A model generated the notes under the pieces. That model saw only the letters and a list, made by a program, of their open reading frames with translations, had not been told where the DNA came from and searched no databases. Below, piece after piece: positions 47,808-57,017 of a DNA stretch of 64,000 nucleotides; the stretch's first letter is position 1, and each line of letters begins with the position of its first letter. Both the position numbers and the translations under genes were made by a program. Location of the stretch: the IMG/VR virus record IMGVR_UViG_3300025684_000010. One strand, given 5' to 3'. The stretch is from a virus.

Positions 47808-49301
47808 TTAGATATCAATTGTAAAGATCTTAAATGCAAACTCCTCTGAAGAGTAGATTTCGATTCTCGACTTAAAATGTTTTAATGTATAGTTTTCGTA
47901 ACTTCCCACCGACAAATCATCAGCGATATCATAGAGGACCGCTTTCTGCGAGTCCTCAGCTTTACGCAAACTTCTACCAATTGATTGTAATACTTTAATC
48001 TCAGATTTACTCGAAGAAGCAAAGATTACATTATCAAGTCGTTTAATATTAACACCAGTACTAAAGACTCCATAGGATGCGAGTATATCATGTTTCTTAT
48101 CAGGGTCGTTCTCAACCAAATGTCGAATGCGTTCACGTTCTTCTCCTTTCGTAGCACCGTAAATAAAATGTAGTTCACGTCCTTCTTTATGAAGCATAGG
48201 TTCAAGTATCTTGCCGTGTTTCTCAACCAAGTCAAATAGAATTAAGTTATTCTGATCTTTTAAAGAATGTACAAGGTTCTTAATAAAATTGTTTCTACCT
48301 GTATGATTCACTATGAATTCACGTTCAGCAGGCCACTTCTTAACAGATTCTTTTACCTGTCCCATTGCCTTTTTAAACGCAGCCTTCGCTTCGTTACTAT
48401 GATTCAATACAATAGCCTTTACTTCAAAATCAGCAACCGTACCTTCGTCCATTAATTTCTTTGTAGATACGATTCTTTTTACTTCTCCGAAACAACCTTC
48501 GAGTACTAATCTATGAGTTTTACTTTCAGCAGACTTTAGAGTACCAGTAAATCCATGACGGAATTCGCAATGTTCAAGTTTATGCATAATAGTTGTTAAT
48601 GACTTTGCTTGGAAGGTATGAGCTTCATCTCCCATCACACAACCAAATTGACCAAACCAATCCTTATCTTGTTTGACCAAAGATTGCCAAGTAGAGATTA
48701 CTATCGGTGCTTTCGTATTCTTATCAACACCACCTTGTATTTTATAGATAGAGTTCTCATCACAACCGTAATCAACAAAGTCACCAGCCATCTGATGTAC
48801 CAAAGATATCGTAGGAACAATAATCAATGTTCTTAAACCGAGTGCTTGATAGTAATGTTGTTGTATCAGGTAAATAATTAAAGACTTACCAGATGATGTC
48901 GGTGATAGAGATAAAGATCTACGGTTACGCAGAGCGTTATTGATGTACTCAATTTGATAGTCTCTTGGTTTAAACTTACAATTAATTTCTTCAGCCAACT
49001 CTTCAACGTAGCCATCTTCGATATTCTCCCGTTCTGCTATTGACGCTGGTGCCTCTAAAATATAATCTCTTTGTTCACAAAACTTTTTTAGATGCGGATA
49101 TAGACCAACATACAATACAGGACGCATTGCTTGAAACAACCGAATGGTTCCATCCCATACTCTTGCTTTGTATTTTGGACTGAACTGATAACCTTCTGGT
49201 TTAAACGCAAAGAAATCAGACAACTCTGTTTTTAATCCAGCATCCGCTTTAATGCGCATATATACTGAATCAATTAATTCTACTTCTATTCTTTCACTCA
49301 T
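47808..49301 (-). CDS. uvsW: DNA helicase UvsW
   Basis: PRDYQ; SPTSSGKS; DEAH; QSIGR.LR. Confidence 0.96.
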   Translation of the reverse strand: MSERIEVELIDSVYMRIKADAGLKTELSDFFAFKPEGYQFSPKYKARVWDGTIRLFQAMRPVLYVGLYPHLKKFCEQRDYILEAPASIAERENIEDGYVEELAEEINCKFKPRDYQIEYINNALRNRRSLSLSPTSSGKSLIIYLIQQHYYQALGLRTLIIVPTISLVHQMAGDFVDYGCDENSIYKIQGGVDKNTKAPIVISTWQSLVKQDKDWFGQFGCVMGDEAHTFQAKSLTTIMHKLEHCEFRHGFTGTLKSAESKTHRLVLEGCFGEVKRIVSTKKLMDEGTVADFEVKAIVLNHSNEAKAAFKKAMGQVKESVKKWPAEREFIVNHTGRNNFIKNLVHSLKDQNNLILFDLVEKHGKILEPMLHKEGRELHFIYGATKGEERERIRHLVENDPDKKHDILASYGVFSTGVNIKRLDNVIFASSSKSEIKVLQSIGRSLRKAEDSQKAVLYDIADDLSVGSYENYTLKHFKSRIEIYSSEEFAFKIFTIDI

Positions 49302-49765
49302 AATTGCTCTTTAAGCCATCCTGCTTCTTCTTTTCCACATTTAAATGCAAACCCTACAGATTGAAACATACCCTTTGGTACTTGTCTCCATAGGTCTTCG
49401 GGTTGTTTTGAATAATTTTCCTTAGATGTTGCTAATACACAACAATCACGTTCTAAAAAGAAATCCCAAAAATCAGTATATGTCCAATACTTCGAAAATA
49501 GAATCTCTGCTGTTTCTTTTCTTGAATAGATATGTGCACGATTGATTTTCTTTGGTCTTTTATATTCGTTCTCTTGAATACGTAATGCAGCTGCTTCAGT
49601 AATACCAATCACTGCCCAACCATGTTCTTTTAACATACCAGTTAATGCAAGTAACATACCTTGTTGAGTTCTTAATGGTATTCCTTTGATTTCCTGAATA
49701 GAACAAAAGCCATTATAAATGGTTCTTTTTAATTCTTCAGATATATCTGCTGCGTATGGATTCAT
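49298..49765 (-). CDS. hypothetical protein (possible HNH-like)
   Basis: ORF in operon; RAH...CVLATSKEN. Confidence 0.55.
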   Translation of the reverse strand: MNPYAADISEELKRTIYNGFCSIQEIKGIPLRTQQGMLLALTGMLKEHGWAVIGITEAAALRIQENEYKRPKKINRAHIYSRKETAEILFSKYWTYTDFWDFFLERDCCVLATSKENYSKQPEDLWRQVPKGMFQSVGFAFKCGKEEAGWLKEQL

Positions 49766-49980
49766 AATTTAATTGCCAATAATAAAAGTATTGAGATTAA
49801 TAATATGTTAGTGAAAAAGATACCTATTGCTAATATTGTATGGTACCAAATCCATCTTGTCTTATATGCGTTTTCAATTGTTAGTTCTTCAGGGTCAACA
49901 TCGTCCTTCATCATGTCTATGACAAGAGTTTCTCGCTGTTGAACCTCAGGCTTGCTCCAAAACTTTGTGAACCAGTTCAT
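49762..49980 (-). CDS. small membrane protein
   Basis: C-terminal hydrophobic helix. Confidence 0.65.
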   Translation of the reverse strand: MNWFTKFWSKPEVQQRETLVIDMMKDDVDPEELTIENAYKTRWIWYHTILAIGIFFTNILLISILLLLAIKL

Positions 49981-50418
49981 TTAGTAATCTCCAGACTGAA
50001 ACTTCAATATATCAATCATATTCTTAACAATGAAGTTTCTACTGTGTATTGTTTTAATAATATCTTCGAGGTAGTTTGCGTTTGCCGTATGGAAATCAAT
50101 CGTAAGACTTAATTTAATAACATCTTTGTCTGCTTGAATATGTTTATCCAAATCGTTTCTTATTACCTTTCTTTGAAACGGCTTCCATCCTTTTTCTCTC
50201 AGATCTTCTTCGGCCATAGAACCATCGTACCAATTACGTTTGTCCATTTCCAATTCTTTATATTCTGCCTTTAACTTTTTAACACGCAAGACTTCCCTAT
50301 AATAAAGATTATAGTACTTACTGTGTAACGATGGGATTCTTTTACTTTCACCTAGGAGGTTGGTTTCATCTATTGGCGAGTCAGCTGCCCATATTGCTGC
50401 TATATCATTCGTATCCAT
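49981..50418 (-). CDS. uvsY: recombination mediator UvsY
   Basis: IPSLHSKYY; WYDG; YLEDIIKTIHSRNF.VKNMI. Confidence 0.88.
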   Translation of the reverse strand: MDTNDIAAIWAADSPIDETNLLGESKRIPSLHSKYYNLYYREVLRVKKLKAEYKELEMDKRNWYDGSMAEEDLREKGWKPFQRKVIRNDLDKHIQADKDVIKLSLTIDFHTANANYLEDIIKTIHSRNFIVKNMIDILKFQSGDY

Positions 50419-50449
50419 AATCTATTCCATAAACTTTAAATTCATTACA

Positions 50450-50478
50450 ATTATAACAGGTTTCACTGTGAATGTCAA
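50450..50478 (-). promoter_or_regulatory. sigma70-type promoter upstream of uvsY
   Basis: TTGACA-N17-TATAAT. Confidence 0.85.
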
Positions 50479-50481
50479 TGG

Positions 50482-51093
50482 TTATTTACACAAAGGACTT
50501 TGTAAGATTGAGTTCTCTTCTCCAACTCCACGTCTTGCTACTGTATAACCAAGATCACAGTATTTACGAATCGTATCGTCTACCGTTTCTTTTGGTGTTA
50601 AGATGTTTGTTTCAAATTCAATCCATGAAGGCCAACGTTCTTTTTCATTAGATTCAAGAAAAGGAAGAAACGAATTTAATATAAAACAATCTCCGCCTTC
50701 TGTATCAATTTTTAATATAGTAAGTGTATCAACATTATGCTGTTCAAAGATGTCACCTAAAGGTATCGTATCAACATCAATTGTTTCTACAACTGATTGA
50801 AGATTATTCTTTTTGTGTTGATAGTGATAGTCACCTATTGAATTACAGCCGCGAATCCAAAGAGGCATGTTGTGTTTCTGAATTGTCTCAAGAGGAATAT
50901 AATAAACTTTATCACGACCTACTTTTCCATCAAAAGAAATCGCAGAATTGATTTTCTTAACGTTTGGTTTGTTTGGTAGTCGATCTAAATAGAACTTGAT
51001 TGGTTCAATGCACAGACCAATACATTGATCGGTTGCGTCTTGTATAAGGGTATCAAAATCAGATGTACCCACTTCAATAAAATCATAATTCAT
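50482..51093 (-). CDS. FkbM-family methyltransferase
   Basis: FIEVG; IEP; LKIDTEGGD. Confidence 0.8.
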   Translation of the reverse strand: MNYDFIEVGTSDFDTLIQDATDQCIGLCIEPIKFYLDRLPNKPNVKKINSAISFDGKVGRDKVYYIPLETIQKHNMPLWIRGCNSIGDYHYQHKKNNLQSVVETIDVDTIPLGDIFEQHNVDTLTILKIDTEGGDCFILNSFLPFLESNEKERWPSWIEFETNILTPKETVDDTIRKYCDLGYTVARRGVGEENSILQSPLCK

Positions 51094-51108
51094 AATAAAA
51101 GGTTTATC

Positions 51109-51597
51109 TTATAGTTGTTCCATCGTAAAGGTATCGTATCTCCAGGTAACTGTCGTTGTTGCATATGCTACATCAGTAACATTAACATCAAGAGAAACAC
51201 CACCCAAAGAGGTTGGGAAGCAATTCTTAAATACGAATCTTATGTTTGGATTTTTGTGAGAGTTGGTAATGGTCGCAATGATATCGGACTCATGACCAGT
51301 TGCGGTGTATATTTTGTTTTGTTTCGAGGATTCTGGGGAAGCATAGCCTTCTATCCAATTGAGAATTTCTTTATAGTTATTCATATTCTCATCGAGGATC
51401 ATGGTAGTCGTCAACTCAGCGTACTCAATACGATCCCCGTATTCGTATATGTTTGCTAAAGGAGTACCTAACGTTGTAGGAGTTACAGTGACATCTGGAA
51501 TTTGCAGCTTCTGTGTAAAGAATTCTACATTAGGGAGTTTCTCTATACTAATCGTAAAATTAGTTGGAGATAAGTAATTGTTAATAATTTCTGGCAT
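51109..51597 (-). CDS. gp3: tail completion / sheath stabiliser gp3
   Basis: NYLSPTNF..KLPNVEFF; LDENMNNY; FPTSLG; preceded by AATAAATA at 51623-51630. Confidence 0.85.
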   Translation of the reverse strand: MPEIINNYLSPTNFTISIEKLPNVEFFTQKLQIPDVTVTPTTLGTPLANIYEYGDRIEYAELTTTMILDENMNNYKEILNWIEGYASPESSKQNKIYTATGHESDIIATITNSHKNPNIRFVFKNCFPTSLGGVSLDVNVTDVAYATTTVTWRYDTFTMEQL

Positions 51598-51649
51598 CGG
51601 CTCAATCCTATTTGTATATTTCTATTTATTAGAATTGAGTCGGCAAGAA

Positions 51650-52378
51650 TTATTCGTTGGTGATGTATACCATGAATGCACAACACTGATCCCAATTACC
51701 TTCGTTTAACCATCGGTCATTGTAGGCTAAGGCTTCGTGTTTCTTATCCATCCATCGTACTTTTTTGAATTGCGGCAATAACGTATCTCTGACCTTCATC
51801 CATTGTTTTGCAGCTCCACCATAACAGCTTAAGTGAAACTCTACTGCCATGTGTTTAACATTTGTAGTTAGATATTCCATATTGATTTCAGTGAATACAC
51901 CGTACTCTCCACCTTCACAATCTATTTTGAGGTAATCAATTTTTGGTATATTATAATCAACCACAAGATCGAGAAAAGACATTCTTTTAAACTCTCGATA
52001 TTCTGAAAAGACATTATTAAAATGGTTTGACGTTGATCCTATGCCTGCTTCGATAGGAATGACAGGAGTAGTACTATTGTCAATATAATGATCCGAAATA
52101 TTTTGGATAAGAGTTTTGAGATGAGGCCTAGAAGGTTCGATAGCAAATATACGAGAAGCTTTACGGTCAAGAGCATGACAGACAAAGAAACCAACACAGG
52201 CACCAATATCAACAACCACATCACCTTCTTCAACATCTCTCCACCACTTGTAATCCATTCTGTGAAAGAATTCAATAAATTGCGCGTTAACATCTGGTAG
52301 AGGTAACCCGTCCGTTTTTAAATTCAAATTAAGATACTTGTTAGTATCCATTCTTTCGTAATCTTCTTTTCTACTCAT
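51650..52378 (-). CDS. FkbM-family methyltransferase
   Basis: VVDIGACVG; IEPS; LKIDCEGGE; start reassigned to MSRKE (overlaps the upstream TGA). Confidence 0.85.
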   Translation of the reverse strand: MSRKEDYERMDTNKYLNLNLKTDGLPLPDVNAQFIEFFHRMDYKWWRDVEEGDVVVDIGACVGFFVCHALDRKASRIFAIEPSRPHLKTLIQNISDHYIDNSTTPVIPIEAGIGSTSNHFNNVFSEYREFKRMSFLDLVVDYNIPKIDYLKIDCEGGEYGVFTEINMEYLTTNVKHMAVEFHLSCYGGAAKQWMKVRDTLLPQFKKVRWMDKKHEALAYNDRWLNEGNWDQCCAFMVYITNE

Positions 52379-52539
52379 CACCAATGCCTTATTGTATTTG
52401 CCATAATAAAGAAACACGTTAAAAAGTTTACACCAACAATAATCGTTCGTAGCAACATAACATAATCGTCATAGGGCTCTGTCTTATCGTCAGAGAAACC
52501 ACCTAATGCGTATTTCCATATCAATTTAAGTTTATTCAT
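52378..52539 (-). CDS. small membrane protein (53 aa)
   Basis: MNKLKLIWKYALGGFSDDKTEPYDDYVMLLRTIIVGVNFLTCFFIMANTIRHW; not in the ORF track. Confidence 0.65.
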   Translation of the reverse strand: MNKLKLIWKYALGGFSDDKTEPYDDYVMLLRTIIVGVNFLTCFFIMANTIRHW

Positions 52540-52697
52540 TATTATTTATTCCTGCGCGAAATATTTTGAATTAGGCTTAGGATCCGCTCCATTATCAGAT
52601 CGTCAAGCATATTGTAATCGGCAACCCTGAGAGCCTCGCATAGAAGGAAGCTCGAAAGGACAGTCGAGATTTAGATAGACCGTGGTGTGATTGTACC

Positions 52698-52757
52698 ACG
52701 GGTAGTTTAAGAGTGTAACAAGCAGCAACGGGTAGTTTAAGAGTGTAACAAGCAGCA
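52698..52757. repeat. perfect 30-bp tandem duplication
   Basis: acgggtagtttaagagtgtaacaagcagca x2, no spacer. Confidence 0.95.
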
Positions 52758-52767
52758 TTAGCATTAC

Positions 52768-53052
52768 TTATTCCTTATGTTCGGATGCGTAATCTTCAAG
52801 CATGTTCCGTGCATACTTTGCCATCTGCTCGAGTTTAATAACTAAAAGTTCTGCATCAGGAATATCTATAGGTCGAATCATATCACCTATTGTATAACCT
52901 TCAAAATAGTTCTCAATCAATGTTTCAAAATCGAAGATTGTTTCAATAGAAGGTTCACATGCGTTTGCACCAATATAGATAGAAACTTCAACGCCTCTCT
53001 CATCTATGTGTGCTGATGTATCAATTTCTAATTGAGTAGTATTACTTGCCAT
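52768..53052 (-). CDS. hypothetical protein
   Basis: ORF coupled to the gp52 stop. Confidence 0.65.
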   Translation of the reverse strand: MASNTTQLEIDTSAHIDERGVEVSIYIGANACEPSIETIFDFETLIENYFEGYTIGDMIRPIDIPDAELLVIKLEQMAKYARNMLEDYASEHKE

Positions 53053-54395
53053 TATATGTTCTCCAAGTCTGCTATGAATTGTTCTTGTGGTGAGGTTGTA
53101 TGCCAGAAGCTTAATGTCTCAGTAGCGTCAGCAATCTGTTTCTTAAGGTTTACAATTTCCTCTTTTGTACAATTTAAGAAACTTAATGCGAGCAATCGGT
53201 TTGTGTCACCTCCTAGTGCCGATGTCTCTTGCATTATTTGTTTAACGACCTGTGCTTTATTATTATTCTTAAACACAATACGATCGTCAACATTTGCTTG
53301 AACGAACTCCATTTTGACATTAAGCCATCGAACTTGTTCTGTGAATTCATTTACTCTAGCGTCAATTCTCTGCTGTAGGATACCATTGCGGTAGTCACAA
53401 AAGTCCTTTACAAGTTGTTTAGCGGACGAGTATTCGCGGAGTTTACCATCAAAATCAATAACTGTTAGGTTTTGAGAGAATGGCTTACTTAGCTTGAATT
53501 TGGCAATGAGTTTAGAATCGTTCCATTTAACCGAAGATTGTTTGAGTTTAACATCAAAGTGAAACCCATCTTTATTACATTTGTCTTCGTAAGATACGAT
53601 ATCACCTTCTTCTTCTAACTTATCGAGAACCTTTACATATCCTTCTCGGTCAAAGCCGTATGGTACTTCCGTAATAGATACCGCAGTTTTACCAGAACGT
53701 TTAAAGGTACCATACGAAATATATTTAGTCGGGTCTTCTTCACTCTGTTCAACCTTACCAGTATAATCAGGAAACTTAATTCCTAATGGTGTTTGTATTT
53801 TACCATTCTTAATGTATTGTAAACAAGCCTTCTTGAGATCATTAGGGTTATGTGGAAGGATGTTTGTCGCGAATCCTGTAGCAATACCTTTGGTTCCATT
53901 TACAAGTACCATAGGGATGATTGGCAAATAGAACGCAGGCGGTTCGTGTTCAGGATCTTCGTGAATAGGACTCAGATCAATATCTTTAACGTACTTACTG
54001 AAATTATCGTGAACTCTTGAGTAGACATAACGAGCAGCACCAGCTTCTTGAACAAGTCGAGTACCAAATGATCCTCTACCTTCAATAAGACATATGTTGT
54101 TATTCCAAGTGGCTGCCATTAATTGACCTGCACCAGCAGCAGAAGATTCTCCGTGGTTATAACCGTAGTCAGAAATAATACCAGAAACTGCAGATACCTT
54201 TTTAAAATCCTTCTTGCTATTAATTAATGAGGAATAGAGATAGAACCTTTGAACTGGTTTTAGACCATCAATCATATTAGGAATTGCTCGACTCTCAACG
54301 GTATACATTGCGAATGATTTCCATTCGTTAGCAGCTACCTTTGAGATTGGATAGTTATTGCCTTTCAGCTCTTCAGTAAACATTTCTAAATTCAT
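53052..54395 (-). CDS. gp52: type II topoisomerase medium subunit gp52
   Basis: RAIPNMIDGLKPVQR; YNHGE; AARY (catalytic Tyr). Confidence 0.95.
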   Translation of the reverse strand: MNLEMFTEELKGNNYPISKVAANEWKSFAMYTVESRAIPNMIDGLKPVQRFYLYSSLINSKKDFKKVSAVSGIISDYGYNHGESSAAGAGQLMAATWNNNICLIEGRGSFGTRLVQEAGAARYVYSRVHDNFSKYVKDIDLSPIHEDPEHEPPAFYLPIIPMVLVNGTKGIATGFATNILPHNPNDLKKACLQYIKNGKIQTPLGIKFPDYTGKVEQSEEDPTKYISYGTFKRSGKTAVSITEVPYGFDREGYVKVLDKLEEEGDIVSYEDKCNKDGFHFDVKLKQSSVKWNDSKLIAKFKLSKPFSQNLTVIDFDGKLREYSSAKQLVKDFCDYRNGILQQRIDARVNEFTEQVRWLNVKMEFVQANVDDRIVFKNNNKAQVVKQIMQETSALGGDTNRLLALSFLNCTKEEIVNLKKQIADATETLSFWHTTSPQEQFIADLENI

Positions 54396-56233
54396 GCGAA
54401 CATATACTCCTTTCTTAAACTTGAATCTTTTCCGAACATCATCTGAAATACAGAAGCATCATCAACTGTAACAGTGTCATACATTGGTTTATTAATAATG
54501 ACATGATATTCATCTTCGGTTAAAGAACCTAGACCTTTAATGTATCTATGTTTATAACCATCTTTCTTTTTGAACTCTGCTGCATCTTCATAAGTATAGA
54601 TCCATTTGACTTCAGAACCTTTCGTACTAATCATAATTGGTGTTCTTGTAATTTGAACACGATTCTCTAATAACAGTCGAGGCCAAAATTTGTAAAAGAA
54701 TGCAATTAGCAATGGTGATATATGTCCTATACCGTCATGGTCAGCATCAGTTAATGTGGCAATATATTTGTATGTCATATTGTCTACACTGTCCTGATCG
54801 TTAATATCCAATCCTAGAACCGCTACTAATTCTGATAGTTCCTTGTTCTTTAATACTTCCGCAGGTTTCATATCCCAGGTATTCATAATCACACCTCGAA
54901 GTGGAAACGCTCCAACTGTATCAGGATCACGTACCTTTAATAAGAATCCCATTGCAGAATCTCCTTCCACAATTTTCAGAGTAGCATTGTCTTTATTAGC
55001 AGAGATATGTTTCGCAACTTTTACCTTACGAAGTTTCTTTTGTGCTAATGTTGCAGCTCTTCGATCCGCGGCTAGCTTCTTTGCTAGTTGAGCTTCAATA
55101 ATGGGATCAATTATATCAGGAGTATTTAATATCTTGTTCGCAAGCCACTCAGCATCACGTACCTGACAGATATCTAGGTGTTCCTTAATATTACCAATTG
55201 GATTAGTTAGACGTTCTTTTGTTTGAGAATCAAATTTAGGATTCACAAAGTTCCTGGCAAACATAACGAATGTAATACCACTCTTGATCGTTGTCTTTAA
55301 TACTTCGACCTTATGACGTCTTTTAATTTTGACAGTTAACGAATCAATAATAGTATTCATAAAGTGGTCAACATAAGTACCACCCTGTCTTGTATTCACA
55401 CCGTTAACATAACTGTTAGTTCTGAACCCATCTTCCGAAGAAGCAATGAAGTAGGAAAGATTATTTGTCTTTTCCATAATTACCGTATCAGAGAACAGAG
55501 CAGCGTACTTTTTAAAATCGTTAACCATGATCTTCTTTTTATTAAAGGAAAACTGAATCTCAGGAAATGCCATCTGCAAACTGACGAGTCGATCTTCTAT
55601 TAATATAATTGTATCAAGTTGGTCCAATGAGTTAACTTCAAACAACTCAAAGTCAGGAACAAATGATACCTCAGTACCGTTTCCTACTTTACTGCCTGCC
55701 TTTACTTTCACGGTATCAGCACCATCTGTACAGTCAAGTTGAATTGACTTTCCGTTAGACCATGTTTTACCAGTGAATGATTTAGATAGGAAGTTGGTTG
55801 CAGCTGAACCGACACCGTTAGTACCGATCGTTACTCGTTCGTCATCAAACGAAGTACCTGCATTAACCTTAGTCCATGCCGCGACAGGTCTCAGAATATT
55901 TTCATTTGTTGTTTCGTCAAAGATCTTGTCTTGAGGAATACCTCGACCATTATCAGTGACGGTAACTTCGTTGTTATTAATAGATACATTAATCTTGTTA
56001 GCAAACTTGAAGTTAGTACGGATTGCTTCATCAATTGAGTTGTCGAGTATTTCGTCAACCATTTTTGATAGTGCAGGTACGTATGTGGCCTTCTTCCATT
56101 CTCCAAGGATAAATCTTTCGATCTCCTCTTTTGAACTTGAACCCATGTACATACCGATCCTCTCTCGAACGTGCTGTCGAGCTGTGAGGATTCTGAACTG
56201 TTCGTTTTGTTTAGTCAAATCATTATTCTCCAT
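54392..56233 (-). CDS. gp39: type II topoisomerase large subunit, gp39+gp60 fused
   Basis: EILDNSIDE; DNGRGIP; EGDSA; PLRG; DADHDG; YIKGLG. Start moved downstream of the promoter (ATG 56233 or a nearby TTG). Confidence 0.95.
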   Translation of the reverse strand: MENNDLTKQNEQFRILTARQHVRERIGMYMGSSSKEEIERFILGEWKKATYVPALSKMVDEILDNSIDEAIRTNFKFANKINVSINNNEVTVTDNGRGIPQDKIFDETTNENILRPVAAWTKVNAGTSFDDERVTIGTNGVGSAATNFLSKSFTGKTWSNGKSIQLDCTDGADTVKVKAGSKVGNGTEVSFVPDFELFEVNSLDQLDTIILIEDRLVSLQMAFPEIQFSFNKKKIMVNDFKKYAALFSDTVIMEKTNNLSYFIASSEDGFRTNSYVNGVNTRQGGTYVDHFMNTIIDSLTVKIKRRHKVEVLKTTIKSGITFVMFARNFVNPKFDSQTKERLTNPIGNIKEHLDICQVRDAEWLANKILNTPDIIDPIIEAQLAKKLAADRRAATLAQKKLRKVKVAKHISANKDNATLKIVEGDSAMGFLLKVRDPDTVGAFPLRGVIMNTWDMKPAEVLKNKELSELVAVLGLDINDQDSVDNMTYKYIATLTDADHDGIGHISPLLIAFFYKFWPRLLLENRVQITRTPIMISTKGSEVKWIYTYEDAAEFKKKDGYKHRYIKGLGSLTEDEYHVIINKPMYDTVTVDDASVFQMMFGKDSSLRKEYMFA

Positions 56234-56243
56234 ATCAACCACC

Positions 56244-56272
56244 ATTATAACACAGTTTGCTATCGATGTCAA
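56244..56272 (-). promoter_or_regulatory. sigma70-type promoter upstream of gp39
   Basis: TTGACA-N17-TATAAT. Confidence 0.85.
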
Positions 56273-56351
56273 TAGTTATTTAAATTAACTTCAAGGCTAC
56301 ATCCTTCCGAATCATGCTTTACAACCTTCTCAGTCAATTCGTTATGATACC

Positions 56352-56380
56352 ATTATACAATAGTTCTTTATGAATGTCAA
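56352..56380 (-). promoter_or_regulatory. sigma70-type promoter (tandem upstream of gp39)
   Basis: TTGACA-N17-TATAAT. Confidence 0.8.
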
Positions 56381-56456
56381 CCATTATTTTCGTGGTACCT
56401 CAACTATCTATATATTGTATAAGGAGTCGTTTCCTGAAAATAATTTCAGAAAACCA

Positions 56457-56485
56457 TTGACATATGCAGTCGAGCTGTTTATAAT
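56457..56485 (+). promoter_or_regulatory. sigma70-type early promoter
   Basis: TTGACA-N17-TATAAT. Confidence 0.85.
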
Positions 56486-56538
56486 AGATATATCATCTCT
56501 AATACCACAATAGAGTTTAACATAAAAAGGAGTACATT

Positions 56539-56730
56539 ATGGGATTAACACATGAACAGATAACATTGCTTGCGAAGCAATCCACCGTAGGTGGCAAACA
56601 AAGGTATACTGAATCACAAATCAGGGATATGGTCGGAGCACCATCAATTGAGGAAGATCAGATCTGCGGTTGCGGAGACAACATCAATAATTGTCCTGAA
56701 GCCTACGAACACATGACTCACGGAGTCTAA
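56539..56730 (+). CDS. hypothetical protein
   Basis: SD AGGAG; C-terminal CGC..C..H. Confidence 0.7.
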   Translation: MGLTHEQITLLAKQSTVGGKQRYTESQIRDMVGAPSIEEDQICGCGDNINNCPEAYEHMTHGV

Positions 56731-56777
56731 TATTCAGTTTGGTTATAACCATATAACTAAATGATCTAAATAAACCA

Positions 56778-56806
56778 TTGACATTTGTTATGAAACCGTT
56801 TATAAT
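56778..56806 (+). promoter_or_regulatory. sigma70-type early promoter
   Basis: TTGACA-N17-TATAAT. Confidence 0.85.
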
Positions 56807-56839
56807 AACTATATTAAATAATTGAAAAGGAATAGGAAC

Positions 56840-56938
56840 ATGGTTGAAGTATTGGTTAGAATTACAGTCGCAATCGCATCCTTTATTATTATTGCTGCAA
56901 TTGCAGTGACGGTTTCAACATTTATCATAACTTTATGA
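56840..56938 (+). CDS. 32-aa hydrophobic peptide
   Basis: MVEVLVRITVAIASFIIIAAIAVTVSTFIITL with SD AGGA, behind its own promoter. Confidence 0.55.
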   Translation: MVEVLVRITVAIASFIIIAAIAVTVSTFIITL

Positions 56939-56957
56939 AAATAAATGAAAATAACTA

Positions 56958-56986
56958 TTGACATCGTAAGGAAACTGTGTTATAAT
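56958..56986 (+). promoter_or_regulatory. sigma70-type early promoter
   Basis: TTGACA-N17-TATAAT. Confidence 0.85.
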
Positions 56987-57017
56987 TGTTGTATAAATTA
57001 AATCAATGGGAGTTGTT

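Noticed and set aside
52625-52670. CTGAGAG...GAAA as a hammerhead ribozyme core
   Set aside because: Does not match CUGANGA, and I could not build the three required stems
52698-52757. 30-bp direct repeat as a mini CRISPR array
   Set aside because: Copies abut with no spacer, there are only two units, and no cas genes are present
40754-56272. Introns or inteins in gp43, gp46, uvsW or topoisomerase genes
   Set aside because: All are continuous, of normal length, and show no intein or LAGLIDADG/HNH insert motifs
56234-56272. ORF-track N-terminal extension of gp39 (also extensions of 39550..39822, 51650..52417, 60529..60822, 61517..61774)
   Set aside because: Extensions overlap promoters or upstream genes; better SD-supported starts lie downstream
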